Origin: Candidatus Saccharimonadota bacterium
GTDB lineage: Bacteria; Patescibacteriota; Saccharimonadia; Saccharimonadales; Saccharimonadaceae
DNA: 64,000 bases
Assembly: GCA_017561575.1 (NCBI GenBank)
Contig: JAFZBS010000007.1
Location: 15,857-79,856 of the forward strand
Direction of reading: 5' to 3'
Shown in pieces: positions 48,437 to 58,777 of this stretch. Position 1 is the stretch's first letter, and each line of letters opens with the position of its first letter. The notes beneath the pieces were generated by a model. The model had not been told where the DNA came from. It did not search any database and saw only the letters and a list, made by a program, of their open reading frames with translations. Position numbers and translations under genes: made by a program.

Positions 48437-51169
48437 ATGGTGGAAAGCTTAAAGGAACATGACCCTTATAATGAAATGAATACTGGTGAAAAAGGTATTC
48501 GTCCGGATTTTTTGAAAGAGAATGATAAAAAAAAGGAAGCGGCTGATGCTTTGCTCGGCGCTGAAAAAGACGCTAGCTCAAAAAATGAAGGGACGAAGGG
48601 TGATGGTGGCTTAGCGGCCATGAAAAAGGCTGAGGTTGCCGGTGGCTTTTATCGTGGTGGTGGTAAGGCAGAGATGGCCATAAAGGGCGCTAAGGCGCTA
48701 AAAGGCGGCAAGAGTAAAGCGATTATTTTAGTAGTACTTGGTATTTTACTCATTCCTATCATAGGAATAATTATTATAGCTGGTCCGCAGCTACTGATTG
48801 GACAAATTGACTACAATTTGATGGGTACACTAGGTTTTGACGAAACAGTGGCTATTTTGGAAGAACAATCGGAATATGTTACAGCAGAAATGATGGCAAA
48901 AGGGGAGTTTCCTAGTGGTTATGCCAGTGATTTAGCAACAAATGGGTTGCTCGTTGGGCAGGTGACAGCAGCTGGGCAGTTTGTGCGAACGAATAATTAT
49001 ATTGCTAATATTGAGGACTTAAAAGATATTGCGGCGACCGGTGACCATTTTGCAAAAACAAGTGATGGCGAGCTGGCAATATTATATGATAATAAAGTAA
49101 TTACGGCGAGTGATTTTGTGCTGGCGGTAGAGTCTGATTCGAGAATGTATGCGGATTTTGCTGACGCGGTAGATATTTCGACGAGATATTATTATAGTAA
49201 TGCCGTAAATGAAATCTATAAAAGAATGGGCTTTACTCGGGATGCATTTAAGAACTGGGAATCAACTGGTGATAGCAAGAAAGATGAAGAAGAGTTTTAT
49301 AAGATTCTGAACAAAATGTTGGATGACTCTACGGACCTAGCATTAAGTGGTTACGACCTTGTGTTAGAATATACTGGCACGTGTCCGATTGAGGTGCCTG
49401 ATCCAAATAATGAAGGTAAAATGACCGTAGTGATGATACCATGCGATCCAAGATTGGCTACTTATCTGGAAGATGTAACGAACATGGATGCTTCGGTTAT
49501 TATATCTGGGGTGGCTAGTAGGACGGAAGATAATACCGTACCAAATGCTACAGATAAGGCGGCGCAGCTTCTAAATTCTGCCGTGTCGGCGGGCGAGCCA
49601 TATCTTGCGGCGAGTGCTTTTATGGCGATTGAAGAGCCAATTCAGAGAGCTCGAGCTGGTGATAATGGTCCAGTAAATGAGGTAATGAATGCACTGACGA
49701 AGCAGACTGAAGTTGAGTATGATGATGTAAACACAGGTAAAACTGTAAAAACAAAAAAATCGATTCTTGAAACAAAGAATTTTGTGGCAGCAGTAAGTGA
49801 CGGTATATTTAATAAAGATGAAGCGAATAATTTTTCGCGTGATCGAATTGTGAAAGCGACTAATAGAATAAGTGATTATGCGACAAGGGACACGATTGTA
49901 TCTCCTGATGATCGGAAGAATCAAGGGGTGTTAACGATTATGAACGGCAATGAAAAGGCCGATACGACTGATTTGGTTTTGGCGAGAAGTAGTTTAAATA
50001 TGGCAATAGTAGAAAAAAATTCTGATCTATTTTCAAGTGAAGTCGGTGGTAATAGGGTACTGGCGGGTGGATCATTTATTAACAACGAGATTAATCGCCA
50101 GGTGATTGCGGCGATGCCATCCGACAAGGGTACTATTATGGCTTATAACCAAGAGGTAGAAAAAGTTCTAGCTAGAAAGGCCAATGCGGATCGCGCCAAA
50201 AAGAGTCCATTTGATATTTCTTCACCTTATACTTTTATGGGAAGTTTAGTTAGGAAGATGGGCGCCGTGATGATTAAGAATATTGCTATCACGAGAGTGA
50301 CGTCTCTACCAATTGTAAATACGGTAGCAGATTTAACCGGTAATGCTGTCGCGGGCTTATTTGGTATTGCGAGGGCGGAAGGTGAGGAAGATAAATTTAC
50401 TACTATTTCTGGTGATTGTACGACCATAAATAGTGCCGCTAAGGTTGAAGGTGATTTATATTGCACTTCTCACGGGACAGCGAGTATTGATTATATGCAT
50501 TATACGGAAGAAGATTGGATAGAGGCTGGTGTAATCAATAGAAGAGGAATTGAAAGTGACGGCATGAAAGATTTTATCAAATATGGCATGGATCGCGGTG
50601 CTAATGTTGGTGTAATGAGTGCAGATGTGTGTACTGCGTATGCAGAAGAACACGGTAGCATATTCGTGAGGATTTGGAAAGGAATATTAACTTTTCTTGG
50701 GCTTGGTGATTTGTACAACGCTTGTAAGTATACGCCGCAGAGTATCGCGACCGGTGCCGCATATACCCTCAGTGGCAGCAATTCAAATGTCGGTTCTATA
50801 AAGTTGTATTCGGGCTATGCTCTTTACGATACGGTGAGCTCACTATTGAAAGAAAAACAAAGTAGGATTTCGGCTTTCCGAGAAGAATACTATGCTGAGC
50901 ATCCACTTGATAATTCTACGGCTGGCCGAATTGCGAGGATTTCTGGTATGACTAAGAATGAAGCACAGATTGCGTTGAATTACGCGGCCGCACTAGTTAC
51001 TATAGCGCAATACAATGCTAGTGAACGCTATGCATTTAACGATGTGATTGAACTTGTAGGTGACGACGATTTAATGTTTGGCGATGCAGAGATTATGATG
51101 GCGAGCTATGCGTTACTGCTTGATAAAATGTCTTTTGCTGACGTGAGGAACCGGACGAATTTGGTATAG
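48437..51169 (+). CDS. Large single-pass membrane hypothetical protein
   Basis: 910-aa ORF with a TM segment near aa 95-120 and paired cysteines in the C-terminal part. Confidence 0.8.
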   Translation: MVESLKEHDPYNEMNTGEKGIRPDFLKENDKKKEAADALLGAEKDASSKNEGTKGDGGLAAMKKAEVAGGFYRGGGKAEMAIKGAKALKGGKSKAIILVVLGILLIPIIGIIIIAGPQLLIGQIDYNLMGTLGFDETVAILEEQSEYVTAEMMAKGEFPSGYASDLATNGLLVGQVTAAGQFVRTNNYIANIEDLKDIAATGDHFAKTSDGELAILYDNKVITASDFVLAVESDSRMYADFADAVDISTRYYYSNAVNEIYKRMGFTRDAFKNWESTGDSKKDEEEFYKILNKMLDDSTDLALSGYDLVLEYTGTCPIEVPDPNNEGKMTVVMIPCDPRLATYLEDVTNMDASVIISGVASRTEDNTVPNATDKAAQLLNSAVSAGEPYLAASAFMAIEEPIQRARAGDNGPVNEVMNALTKQTEVEYDDVNTGKTVKTKKSILETKNFVAAVSDGIFNKDEANNFSRDRIVKATNRISDYATRDTIVSPDDRKNQGVLTIMNGNEKADTTDLVLARSSLNMAIVEKNSDLFSSEVGGNRVLAGGSFINNEINRQVIAAMPSDKGTIMAYNQEVEKVLARKANADRAKKSPFDISSPYTFMGSLVRKMGAVMIKNIAITRVTSLPIVNTVADLTGNAVAGLFGIARAEGEEDKFTTISGDCTTINSAAKVEGDLYCTSHGTASIDYMHYTEEDWIEAGVINRRGIESDGMKDFIKYGMDRGANVGVMSADVCTAYAEEHGSIFVRIWKGILTFLGLGDLYNACKYTPQSIATGAAYTLSGSNSNVGSIKLYSGYALYDTVSSLLKEKQSRISAFREEYYAEHPLDNSTAGRIARISGMTKNEAQIALNYAAALVTIAQYNASERYAFNDVIELVGDDDLMFGDAEIMMASYALLLDKMSFADVRNRTNLV

Positions 51170-51223
51170 TTATATAATATATAGTACGTTTTTGGTAGTT
51201 TTTTGATATAATATATATTATAT

Positions 51224-52180
51224 ATGGAAGAGTTGGAAGAGCTTAAATCTGAATTAAAAAAACTAAATGCTGAGTATGCAAAAATTCGCGAAGTGCCCGT
51301 AGAAAAGCGCGGTGAGTTTGGTCGAGAATTAAATGCAAAAAAGACGGCAATTCTTGAAAAGATGCGTCAGGCCGAGGAGTCGGCACTTGATGTGGCCGTG
51401 GTGCCACTTGATATTTCGGCTCCGTGTAACGTAAATGAAGCTTTGCCAGAATTATATTCGACTCTTCAGGGTTCAGCACATCCTTTGATGACCGAACTTG
51501 ATAGAGTGGTATCTATTTACCAAATGATGGGTTTTGATGTAATGGAGAGCAGGCAGCTTGATGACGAATTTCACATGTTTGATTCTCTAAATTTTGCAAA
51601 AGAGCATCCAGCTCGAGATGGTTATGATACATTTAGAACTGAAGAAGGTTTGATTCCGCCTGCTCATACTTCTACGATGCAACATCGGGTACTAAAAGCA
51701 TATCGCGATAAGCTCGTGCGTGGTGAGGAAATTGCAGTAGTTGTGCCTGGCAGAGTGTATCGGAATGAGGATGTTGACGCAACGCACGAGCATACTTTTT
51801 ATCAATGTGAAGGTGTTTATGTGTCTCGTGATTGCAATATGGGACAGATGCTAGGAATTTTGAGAGAGTTTTTTGAAAAGTATTATGAGCAGAAATTGAA
51901 TATTAGGACGCAGCCAGGTTATTTTCCATTTACGGAGCCAAGTTTGGAATTTTTGATTGAAAAACCAAAGATGCTTGGTGGCAAGAAAGGCGATTATCTT
52001 GAAATGCTTGGATGCGGAATGATTCATCCAAATGTATTGAAAATGGCTGGAATTGACCCAACGACTTATCATGGATTTGCATGGGGTGGCGGAATTGACC
52101 GTCTAGTAATGCTACGTTATGGGTTGAAAGATGTAAGAAATTTTGAATCGGGCAATCTTAATTTCTTGAAGGAGTTTTAA
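51224..52180 (+). CDS. pheS: Phenylalanyl-tRNA synthetase alpha subunit
   Basis: HPAR, GRVYR...DATH, YFPFTEPS and GFAWG.G.DR. Confidence 0.97.
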   Translation: MEELEELKSELKKLNAEYAKIREVPVEKRGEFGRELNAKKTAILEKMRQAEESALDVAVVPLDISAPCNVNEALPELYSTLQGSAHPLMTELDRVVSIYQMMGFDVMESRQLDDEFHMFDSLNFAKEHPARDGYDTFRTEEGLIPPAHTSTMQHRVLKAYRDKLVRGEEIAVVVPGRVYRNEDVDATHEHTFYQCEGVYVSRDCNMGQMLGILREFFEKYYEQKLNIRTQPGYFPFTEPSLEFLIEKPKMLGGKKGDYLEMLGCGMIHPNVLKMAGIDPTTYHGFAWGGGIDRLVMLRYGLKDVRNFESGNLNFLKEF

Positions 52181-52181
52181 T

Positions 52182-54536
52182 ATGAAAATATCACTTAATT
52201 GGTTAAAAAAGTATGTGAATGTAACGGTTTCCGATCAGGAGCTGGTGCGCTTAATTGGCGCAAGGCTAGTTGAAGTCGAAGGTGTAATTGATGAGACGCA
52301 TAAGTATGACAAGATCTATGTGGTAAAAGTTTTAGAAGCAAACAAAATACCAGAAACCCATCTTACTTTATGCAAAATCGATTGTGGCGAAACGGAGCCT
52401 GTGCAAGTAGTTTGTGGTGCGCCAAATGTGCGTGTCGGAATGCTTGCGGTATGGATTGCGCCCGGTGCGGTCGTGCCGGCTTCGGTAAACGAGGACGCGC
52501 CTTTTGTAATTGGTAAGCGTAAAATGCAGGGTTATGAATCTTGCGGTATGCTTGCTGGTGCTGATGAACTAGATTTTGGTGACGATCATTCTGGCATTGT
52601 TGAGATTGACCCTGAAATGGCTAAACCTGGAGATTTGCTTGCGGATATATTTGAGTTAAATGATTTGATATTTGAAATCGAAAATAAATCTCTGACACAT
52701 CGTCCGGATACGTTTGGAATGATTGGATTTGCTAGAGAGGTAGCTGGTATTCTTGGCGAGAAATTCTCTTTCATCTCGTCATCACGGGCAATTGGAGCTA
52801 ATTCTGCGACGGTAGCGCTTAGAAATACGCCGAGACTAAAAGAAAACTTTTTCTCAAAAACTCAGTCTAAAATTCAAATTTCAATTGCGGATGATAAAAT
52901 TTGCCCACGTTATTCGGCAATAGTTTTGGAAAAACACGGCGAAATTAAAAAGAAGTATCTTACATGGATGGATACGATTTTATCGAAATCTGGAATGAGA
53001 CCAGTTGACCCAATTGTGGATACTACTAATTACTTAATGTTGCTTACTGGGCAGCCTTTGCATGCGTTTGATTATGATAAATTTGTTGCCGCTGGTGGAA
53101 GTGGTAAGCCAAAGATAATAATTAGACTAGCAAAGCAAGGTGAGAAACTAGTACTTCTTGATGGTAAAGAAATCGAACTAAATGAAAACGATATAGTGAT
53201 TTGCAGCAATGATACGCCCGTAGCGCTGGCTGGAGCGATGGGCGGATTGTCAACAGCGATTGATGAAAATACGCGAAATATAATCTTGGAGTCCGCAACC
53301 TTCAGTTTGTATAATCTTAGAAAAACGCAAATGGCGCATGGGATTTTTTCGGAAGCAATAACGAGATTTACTAAAGGGCAGCCGCCATATCAAACCCTTG
53401 CTGTAGCTGAAGATTTTGCCGGTTTATTGTCTGATGGATTTGTTATGACGTCAATGGTTGATAATTATCCGAAGCCAGAAAAAGAAAATGTTGTAAAAAT
53501 TACAACAGAAGAAATTAATCGGCTTCTTGGTACTAATTATGATGATTCTTTAATTATTCAGACTTTAGAGAATGTTGGGTTTGAAGTAAAAAACAAACGA
53601 AGTGACTTAACTATAAAAGCTCCTTTGTGGCGTATGGACATCCATATCAAAGAAGACATAATCGAAGAGATTGGTCGTCTGCTTGGGTATGATAATATTT
53701 TGCCGACTTTGCCGCTCCATGCGACTTCAAATACAAATAAGATGCTTAGTCTCAAAACTAATATTCGTAGCATTATGAAATCTTTCGGTGCAAACGAACT
53801 TTTGACTTATAGCTTTATTAGCGAGAGATTACTTAAAAAGGCTGGACTTGACGAAAAAAATTCTTATAAAATTGTAAACTCGATTTCGCCAGATTTGCAA
53901 TTTGTCCGACAAACTATTGTGCCAAGCTTACTCGAAAAAGCCTATGTTAATCAAAAGATTCCGTTTGATAAATTTGCCATTTATGAAATGAATAAGGTTT
54001 ATCAGAAATCCTGGGGAATGGATGCCGAGGAAGTGCCAGTTGAAAAGATGCGCCTGGGTTTTGTTTTGGCAGAGCGCAAGAATCCTGGTGCGGCTTATTA
54101 TAAAGCTAAGTATTATTTGGAAAAATTATTTGGTGAGATATGTATCAAGGCGGATTATTTATCAATAAAGAATAAGACTCCGGAAACTTTGCCGTTTGAA
54201 GTGAAACGTGCGGCTGAAGTATGGGTTGGTGAGCGAATGATTGGCGTCTTGGGCGAGTTTAAAAACTCCGTACGGCACAATTTTAAATTAGGCGAGTACT
54301 TGGCGGGTTTTGAACTTGACCTAGATGCGTTACTTGAGCTTGGTGGTACAAAGAAAATCGATGATGGTTTTGAAGTGTGTGAGAAAATTGATGAAACAGT
54401 CACGACATCTAAAACCTATGGCGAAACATTGGCTGAAATAGAAAAGAAATATCAAGGTGCAAGAATTACTCCGGTTGGCATTTATCAACCTGAGGGTGCC
54501 ACCACTAAAAATATTACGTTCCATATAGAAAAATAG
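52182..54536 (+). CDS. pheT: Phenylalanyl-tRNA synthetase beta subunit
   Basis: MKISLNWL, VCGAPN, GQPLHAFD and DIIEEIGRL.GY. Confidence 0.96.
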   Translation: MKISLNWLKKYVNVTVSDQELVRLIGARLVEVEGVIDETHKYDKIYVVKVLEANKIPETHLTLCKIDCGETEPVQVVCGAPNVRVGMLAVWIAPGAVVPASVNEDAPFVIGKRKMQGYESCGMLAGADELDFGDDHSGIVEIDPEMAKPGDLLADIFELNDLIFEIENKSLTHRPDTFGMIGFAREVAGILGEKFSFISSSRAIGANSATVALRNTPRLKENFFSKTQSKIQISIADDKICPRYSAIVLEKHGEIKKKYLTWMDTILSKSGMRPVDPIVDTTNYLMLLTGQPLHAFDYDKFVAAGGSGKPKIIIRLAKQGEKLVLLDGKEIELNENDIVICSNDTPVALAGAMGGLSTAIDENTRNIILESATFSLYNLRKTQMAHGIFSEAITRFTKGQPPYQTLAVAEDFAGLLSDGFVMTSMVDNYPKPEKENVVKITTEEINRLLGTNYDDSLIIQTLENVGFEVKNKRSDLTIKAPLWRMDIHIKEDIIEEIGRLLGYDNILPTLPLHATSNTNKMLSLKTNIRSIMKSFGANELLTYSFISERLLKKAGLDEKNSYKIVNSISPDLQFVRQTIVPSLLEKAYVNQKIPFDKFAIYEMNKVYQKSWGMDAEEVPVEKMRLGFVLAERKNPGAAYYKAKYYLEKLFGEICIKADYLSIKNKTPETLPFEVKRAAEVWVGERMIGVLGEFKNSVRHNFKLGEYLAGFELDLDALLELGGTKKIDDGFEVCEKIDETVTTSKTYGETLAEIEKKYQGARITPVGIYQPEGATTKNITFHIEK

Positions 54537-54560
54537 TATTGCTTATGCTATAATTGAAGC

Positions 54561-55319
54561 ATGATATTGCTCGATAATGTGACGAAGGCTTATCCTGGCG
54601 ATAAAGAACCGGCACTAGATTCGGTGTCTCTTCATATTGCACCAAACGAGTTTGTATTCTTGGTGGGGAAATCTGGTGCTGGCAAGTCGACGCTTATTAA
54701 GATGATTACAAAGGAAGAAATCCCAGATTCTGGCAAAATAATTGTTGGCGGCATAGATCTAGATTATGTGAAAAAGCGTCATATTCCTGGCTATCGACGA
54801 AGGCTTGGTGTAGTGTTTCAAGATTTTAAGTTGCTTCCGAGAAGGACGGTATATGAGAACGTTGCCTTTGCGCTTGAAATTGCGGGAATGAGTGGAAAAG
54901 AAATTCGAAAAACAGTGCCAAAAGTACTAGAATTGGTAGATTTGCTAGACCAAGCAAAAAAATTCCCCGATCAGCTGTCTGGTGGGCAGCAGCAGAGAGT
55001 ATCAATTGCGCGTAGTGTGGCGAGACAGCCGAAGATTTTGATAGCAGATGAGCCTACCGCAAATCTCGATAAGTTGACGACAGCAGAAATAATTGCACTC
55101 TTAAAAAAGATTAACGATTTTGGTACAACAATTCTGGTTTCTACACACGATGAGGAGGTGGTGAATAATTTACAAAAACGCGTAGTGACTTTGAAGGGCG
55201 GCAAAATTGTGGATGATCAAAAGAACAATGGCATTTATAAATTGGATGAAGCGAAAGTTCCGCATGTTAAGCGTACAATACAAACTCCTGGTCATGCAAT
55301 TAAGAGGAAGGTAATATAA
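54561..55319 (+). CDS. ftsE: Cell division ATP-binding protein FtsE
   Basis: GKSGAGKST, GVVFQDFKLL and LSGGQQQRV.IAR; lies upstream of ftsX. Confidence 0.93.
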   Translation: MILLDNVTKAYPGDKEPALDSVSLHIAPNEFVFLVGKSGAGKSTLIKMITKEEIPDSGKIIVGGIDLDYVKKRHIPGYRRRLGVVFQDFKLLPRRTVYENVAFALEIAGMSGKEIRKTVPKVLELVDLLDQAKKFPDQLSGGQQQRVSIARSVARQPKILIADEPTANLDKLTTAEIIALLKKINDFGTTILVSTHDEEVVNNLQKRVVTLKGGKIVDDQKNNGIYKLDEAKVPHVKRTIQTPGHAIKRKVI

Positions 55320-56341
55320 TGACAAAAAAGGACGACAAAGATTTAAAAAAGACTTCCAAGAAGAGCCTGCGGGTGATGCGAAAGACACACGCGAAGCATC
55401 CTTTGCGTGAAGAAGGTCGGATTTTGAAATATGGCACTAAAGGATGGGCTAGAAACATTTGGCTTTCGACTGCGGCAACGGCTGTAATGGCGATTACGAT
55501 GATAATTCTGTTTGTGACGGTGGTAGCAAGCGTGATTTTGACAAATACTGCCGAAATGATGCGAGAAAAAATCGACATTACAATTTATTTAAAGCCTGGT
55601 ACTTCGAGCAAAGTTTTAGGGCAATTGACTGATATTATTACAAAAGACAAAAATGTCAAAAGCGTGGCGGTATCAACTTCGGAAGAAGAATATGAAAAGT
55701 TTATTGAAGAAAATGCCGGTAGCGAGGAAATATTAAATGTCCTAGATGAAGAAATGAAGGCATTGATGCTAGCTAAAATGCAAGCAACAATGCGAATTAA
55801 GGTTCACGATGTGGATAATTTGGATAGCATAAAGAAGTTAGTTGGAGAAAACGAGGTATTTAAGGCAAATATTGATGAAGAAATGGCTCCAACTTACGAT
55901 GTGAATCAGGTTGAAATCGCAACTATTACTTCTTGGGCTAGAATTGCACGAACTGGTGGAATAATTCTTGCCGCGGTGTTTTTGGTAATATCAGTTTTGA
56001 TTATTTTCTCAACGATTAGGATGGCTATTTTCTCAAGACGAGAAGAGATATATATGATGAAGCTCGTTGGCGCAGACAAAAGATTTATTCGTGGTCCGTT
56101 TCTTGTGGAGGCTGAGATTTGTGGCGTAATTGCTGGTATTGTGGCAGCGACGGCAAGCTACTTTGGCTTTATGGCGGTGATGCCAGGGCTTTCTGATTAC
56201 GGCATAAATGTGGACACTATAACTGACGTTTTGGAATCAAATAAGTTGATTTTGATGTATATCGTGTTTGTTGCTGTCGGTGTAATAATTGGGCGCGTCT
56301 CAGCAAGGCTTGCCGTATCGAAATACTTACACAAAACCTAG
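55319..56341 (+). CDS. ftsX: Cell division permease FtsX
   Basis: TIRMAIFSRREEIYMMKLVGA..FIRGPF. Confidence 0.93.
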   Translation: MTKKDDKDLKKTSKKSLRVMRKTHAKHPLREEGRILKYGTKGWARNIWLSTAATAVMAITMIILFVTVVASVILTNTAEMMREKIDITIYLKPGTSSKVLGQLTDIITKDKNVKSVAVSTSEEEYEKFIEENAGSEEILNVLDEEMKALMLAKMQATMRIKVHDVDNLDSIKKLVGENEVFKANIDEEMAPTYDVNQVEIATITSWARIARTGGIILAAVFLVISVLIIFSTIRMAIFSRREEIYMMKLVGADKRFIRGPFLVEAEICGVIAGIVAATASYFGFMAVMPGLSDYGINVDTITDVLESNKLILMYIVFVAVGVIIGRVSARLAVSKYLHKT

Positions 56342-56360
56342 AATATGTTATAATGTAATT

Positions 56361-57548
56361 ATGGTAATACTTAGCACCAAGCAGAAGAAGATTCTAACTT
56401 TTGTGATGGTGTTTTTCTTGTTTGCTACGCCAATTTTCGGAGGAGTAATGATGGTGCGTAGCGCTCGTGGTTTATCAAAAGCTTGTCGTAACAGTGAAGC
56501 CTGTATGGCTGCGGTTGCAAGAGAGCAAGCCGCCAATAAGAACGCTGCACAGGCGGCGGCAACTGCTAATTTATTTCAGAATAAGGTTTATGAGTTAAAC
56601 GCAGAGATAGCGGCCAAGGAGCTTCAAATTGCTGAAACGGAAGCTGAAATTGATGAGTTAACGCATGAAATTAAGGAAGCTGAGAAAAAGCTGAATGCCG
56701 AGCAGGATGCACTAGCGGAACTATTAATTAATATGCATTTTGAGTCCGACTCTGAGCCGATTACCATTCTTGCGGGGTCTAGTTCGATTTCTGATTTAGC
56801 AGAAAAGCAGGCGAGAAACGAGGTCGTGAAACAGCAAATTGGTGCGACAGCAAAGACTGTAAAGGAAACAAAGCTGCAACTGGAGGCGGACAAGGCGAAA
56901 GTTGAAGAGCTTTTAGCTCAACAAAAGACGGCTAAAATTGAACTAGAGAAGACTCGCGCTGAACAGCAGGCGCTTGTTATTAAATATGAAAACGATGCCG
57001 CCGGTTATGCGGCGGAGGCAGAAATAGCTAGGGCAGCACAACGTGAGGCAGAAAGAGCTTATCAGGAAGCACACAAAGAGCTATTTCAGGGTAGTAGCTA
57101 TACCGGTGATGACACTTATCCATGGCAGGCTGATTGTCCGGCGAAACAAGATTATTATACTACTTACATTGAAGATGGCTATGGTTCAAGAAAGATTGGT
57201 GGTTATGTTTGCGAGTGTGTGAGCTATGCTGGTTGGAAGGCTTACGAAGCTTATGGATTGGCGCTTGCATGGGGCAATGCTTATAGTTGGGATGACGGTG
57301 CGAGGGCGGCAGGTTACAGAGTTGATCATGTTCCGGAAGCAGATTCGATTGGGCAGGTTGACGGCTACCCGTATGGACATGTCTTTTGGGTTGAAAATGT
57401 AAACGACGATGGTTCGATTAACGTTACGGAATATAATAATTCATATGCAACATATCTTTATTCTGGTGTTTCTCAGTACGGGAGTTTTGGTTCTAGGCGT
57501 ATTTCGGCTGGGGAAGTTTGGCAGTATAACTTTATTCATTTGAAATAA
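56361..57548 (+). CDS. PcsB/CwlO-like coiled-coil CHAP peptidoglycan hydrolase
   Basis: Coiled coil followed by ECVSY, WGNA.SW, GHV.WVE and EYN; lies after ftsEX. Confidence 0.9.
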   Translation: MVILSTKQKKILTFVMVFFLFATPIFGGVMMVRSARGLSKACRNSEACMAAVAREQAANKNAAQAAATANLFQNKVYELNAEIAAKELQIAETEAEIDELTHEIKEAEKKLNAEQDALAELLINMHFESDSEPITILAGSSSISDLAEKQARNEVVKQQIGATAKTVKETKLQLEADKAKVEELLAQQKTAKIELEKTRAEQQALVIKYENDAAGYAAEAEIARAAQREAERAYQEAHKELFQGSSYTGDDTYPWQADCPAKQDYYTTYIEDGYGSRKIGGYVCECVSYAGWKAYEAYGLALAWGNAYSWDDGARAAGYRVDHVPEADSIGQVDGYPYGHVFWVENVNDDGSINVTEYNNSYATYLYSGVSQYGSFGSRRISAGEVWQYNFIHLK

Positions 57549-57586
57549 ATAAATTTTTGAATTCCTTTTTGTGTTATAATAAAGTA

Positions 57587-58777
57587 ATGAGTAAAAAGAT
57601 AGAGTGGAAAGAGAAAAAAACTAGCCTTGGCAATGCGATTATTATAGGCGCTGTACTTGCAATAGTCGGAGTAATAATCGGCGCAAATTGGAATGGTTGG
57701 TTTTCGCAGTATTCCGGTTTTTTAGGTTTTGATTCCGGACAATCGGCGGACTGGTCGCAGCTTAATGAAGTATATGATAAATTAAAATCTACCTATAACG
57801 GCGAGATTGATACTAAAGAATTGGTTGAGGGCGCAAAAAAAGGAATGGTTGAAGCCATCGGTGATGCTTATACCCTATATATGGATGCGGATGAAAGCAA
57901 AGATTTTTATAATAGCTTGCATGGAAATGTCGGCTCTGGAATTGGGGTTGAAATGGGGCTTCGTGATGGTTATGTAAGAGTGCTTAGAACTTTGCCGGAT
58001 AATCCTGCAAGAAAAGCTGGCATTCTTGCTGGAGATATTATTTATAAAGTGAATGGGGAGGAAGTTTGGTCACAATCATCTGATGAAATTGCAAGAAAGG
58101 TTCGTGGCGAGAGTGGCAGTGAGGTCACGATTACCGTGGTACGTGATGGTAAAGAGATAGATTATACAATGGTTAGGGAGACAATCAATAATGTTTCTGC
58201 TTATGTGGAATATGATGACAAAACGGCCATTGTTGCTGTTACTAGGTTTGATAATGATACTGGTACTGAAATTCAAAAAATGGCAGATAAGTTTGCAGAG
58301 AAAGGCATAAACAAAGTAATTTTGGACCTTCGTGGCAACGGTGGTGGTTATGTTAATGCCGCGCAAGATTTATTGTCTTTGTGGCTTGATAATCAAAAGA
58401 TTTTGACGCAAAAATCTTTGCACTATGGTAATACAACTACTTCGACTTCCTCTGGCAAGGCTATTTTAAAGGATATGAAAACGATTGTACTTGTAAATGG
58501 CTCTACTGCTTCAGCGTCAGAAATAGTGGCTGGGGCATTACAAGATTATGGTAAGGCGACGATTGTGGGTGAAAAGACTTACGGCAAAGGTGTTGTCCAA
58601 AATATCTTTGATTTGTCTGGTGGCGCAACACTTAAGGTGACAACCGCCTCCTGGTATACCCCAAATGATCGTTCAATTGGTGGAGAAGGAATCACTCCAG
58701 ATATTGAGGTGGAGCGGACTTACGAAGATATCAATACGATGCGTGACCCACAGATGAAAAAAGCCAAGGAGCTTTGA
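57587..58777 (+). CDS. S41 carboxy-terminal processing protease
   Basis: PDZ domain, LDLRGNGGG, ASASEI and TYGKG.VQ. Confidence 0.93.
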   Translation: MSKKIEWKEKKTSLGNAIIIGAVLAIVGVIIGANWNGWFSQYSGFLGFDSGQSADWSQLNEVYDKLKSTYNGEIDTKELVEGAKKGMVEAIGDAYTLYMDADESKDFYNSLHGNVGSGIGVEMGLRDGYVRVLRTLPDNPARKAGILAGDIIYKVNGEEVWSQSSDEIARKVRGESGSEVTITVVRDGKEIDYTMVRETINNVSAYVEYDDKTAIVAVTRFDNDTGTEIQKMADKFAEKGINKVILDLRGNGGGYVNAAQDLLSLWLDNQKILTQKSLHYGNTTTSTSSGKAILKDMKTIVLVNGSTASASEIVAGALQDYGKATIVGEKTYGKGVVQNIFDLSGGATLKVTTASWYTPNDRSIGGEGITPDIEVERTYEDINTMRDPQMKKAKEL

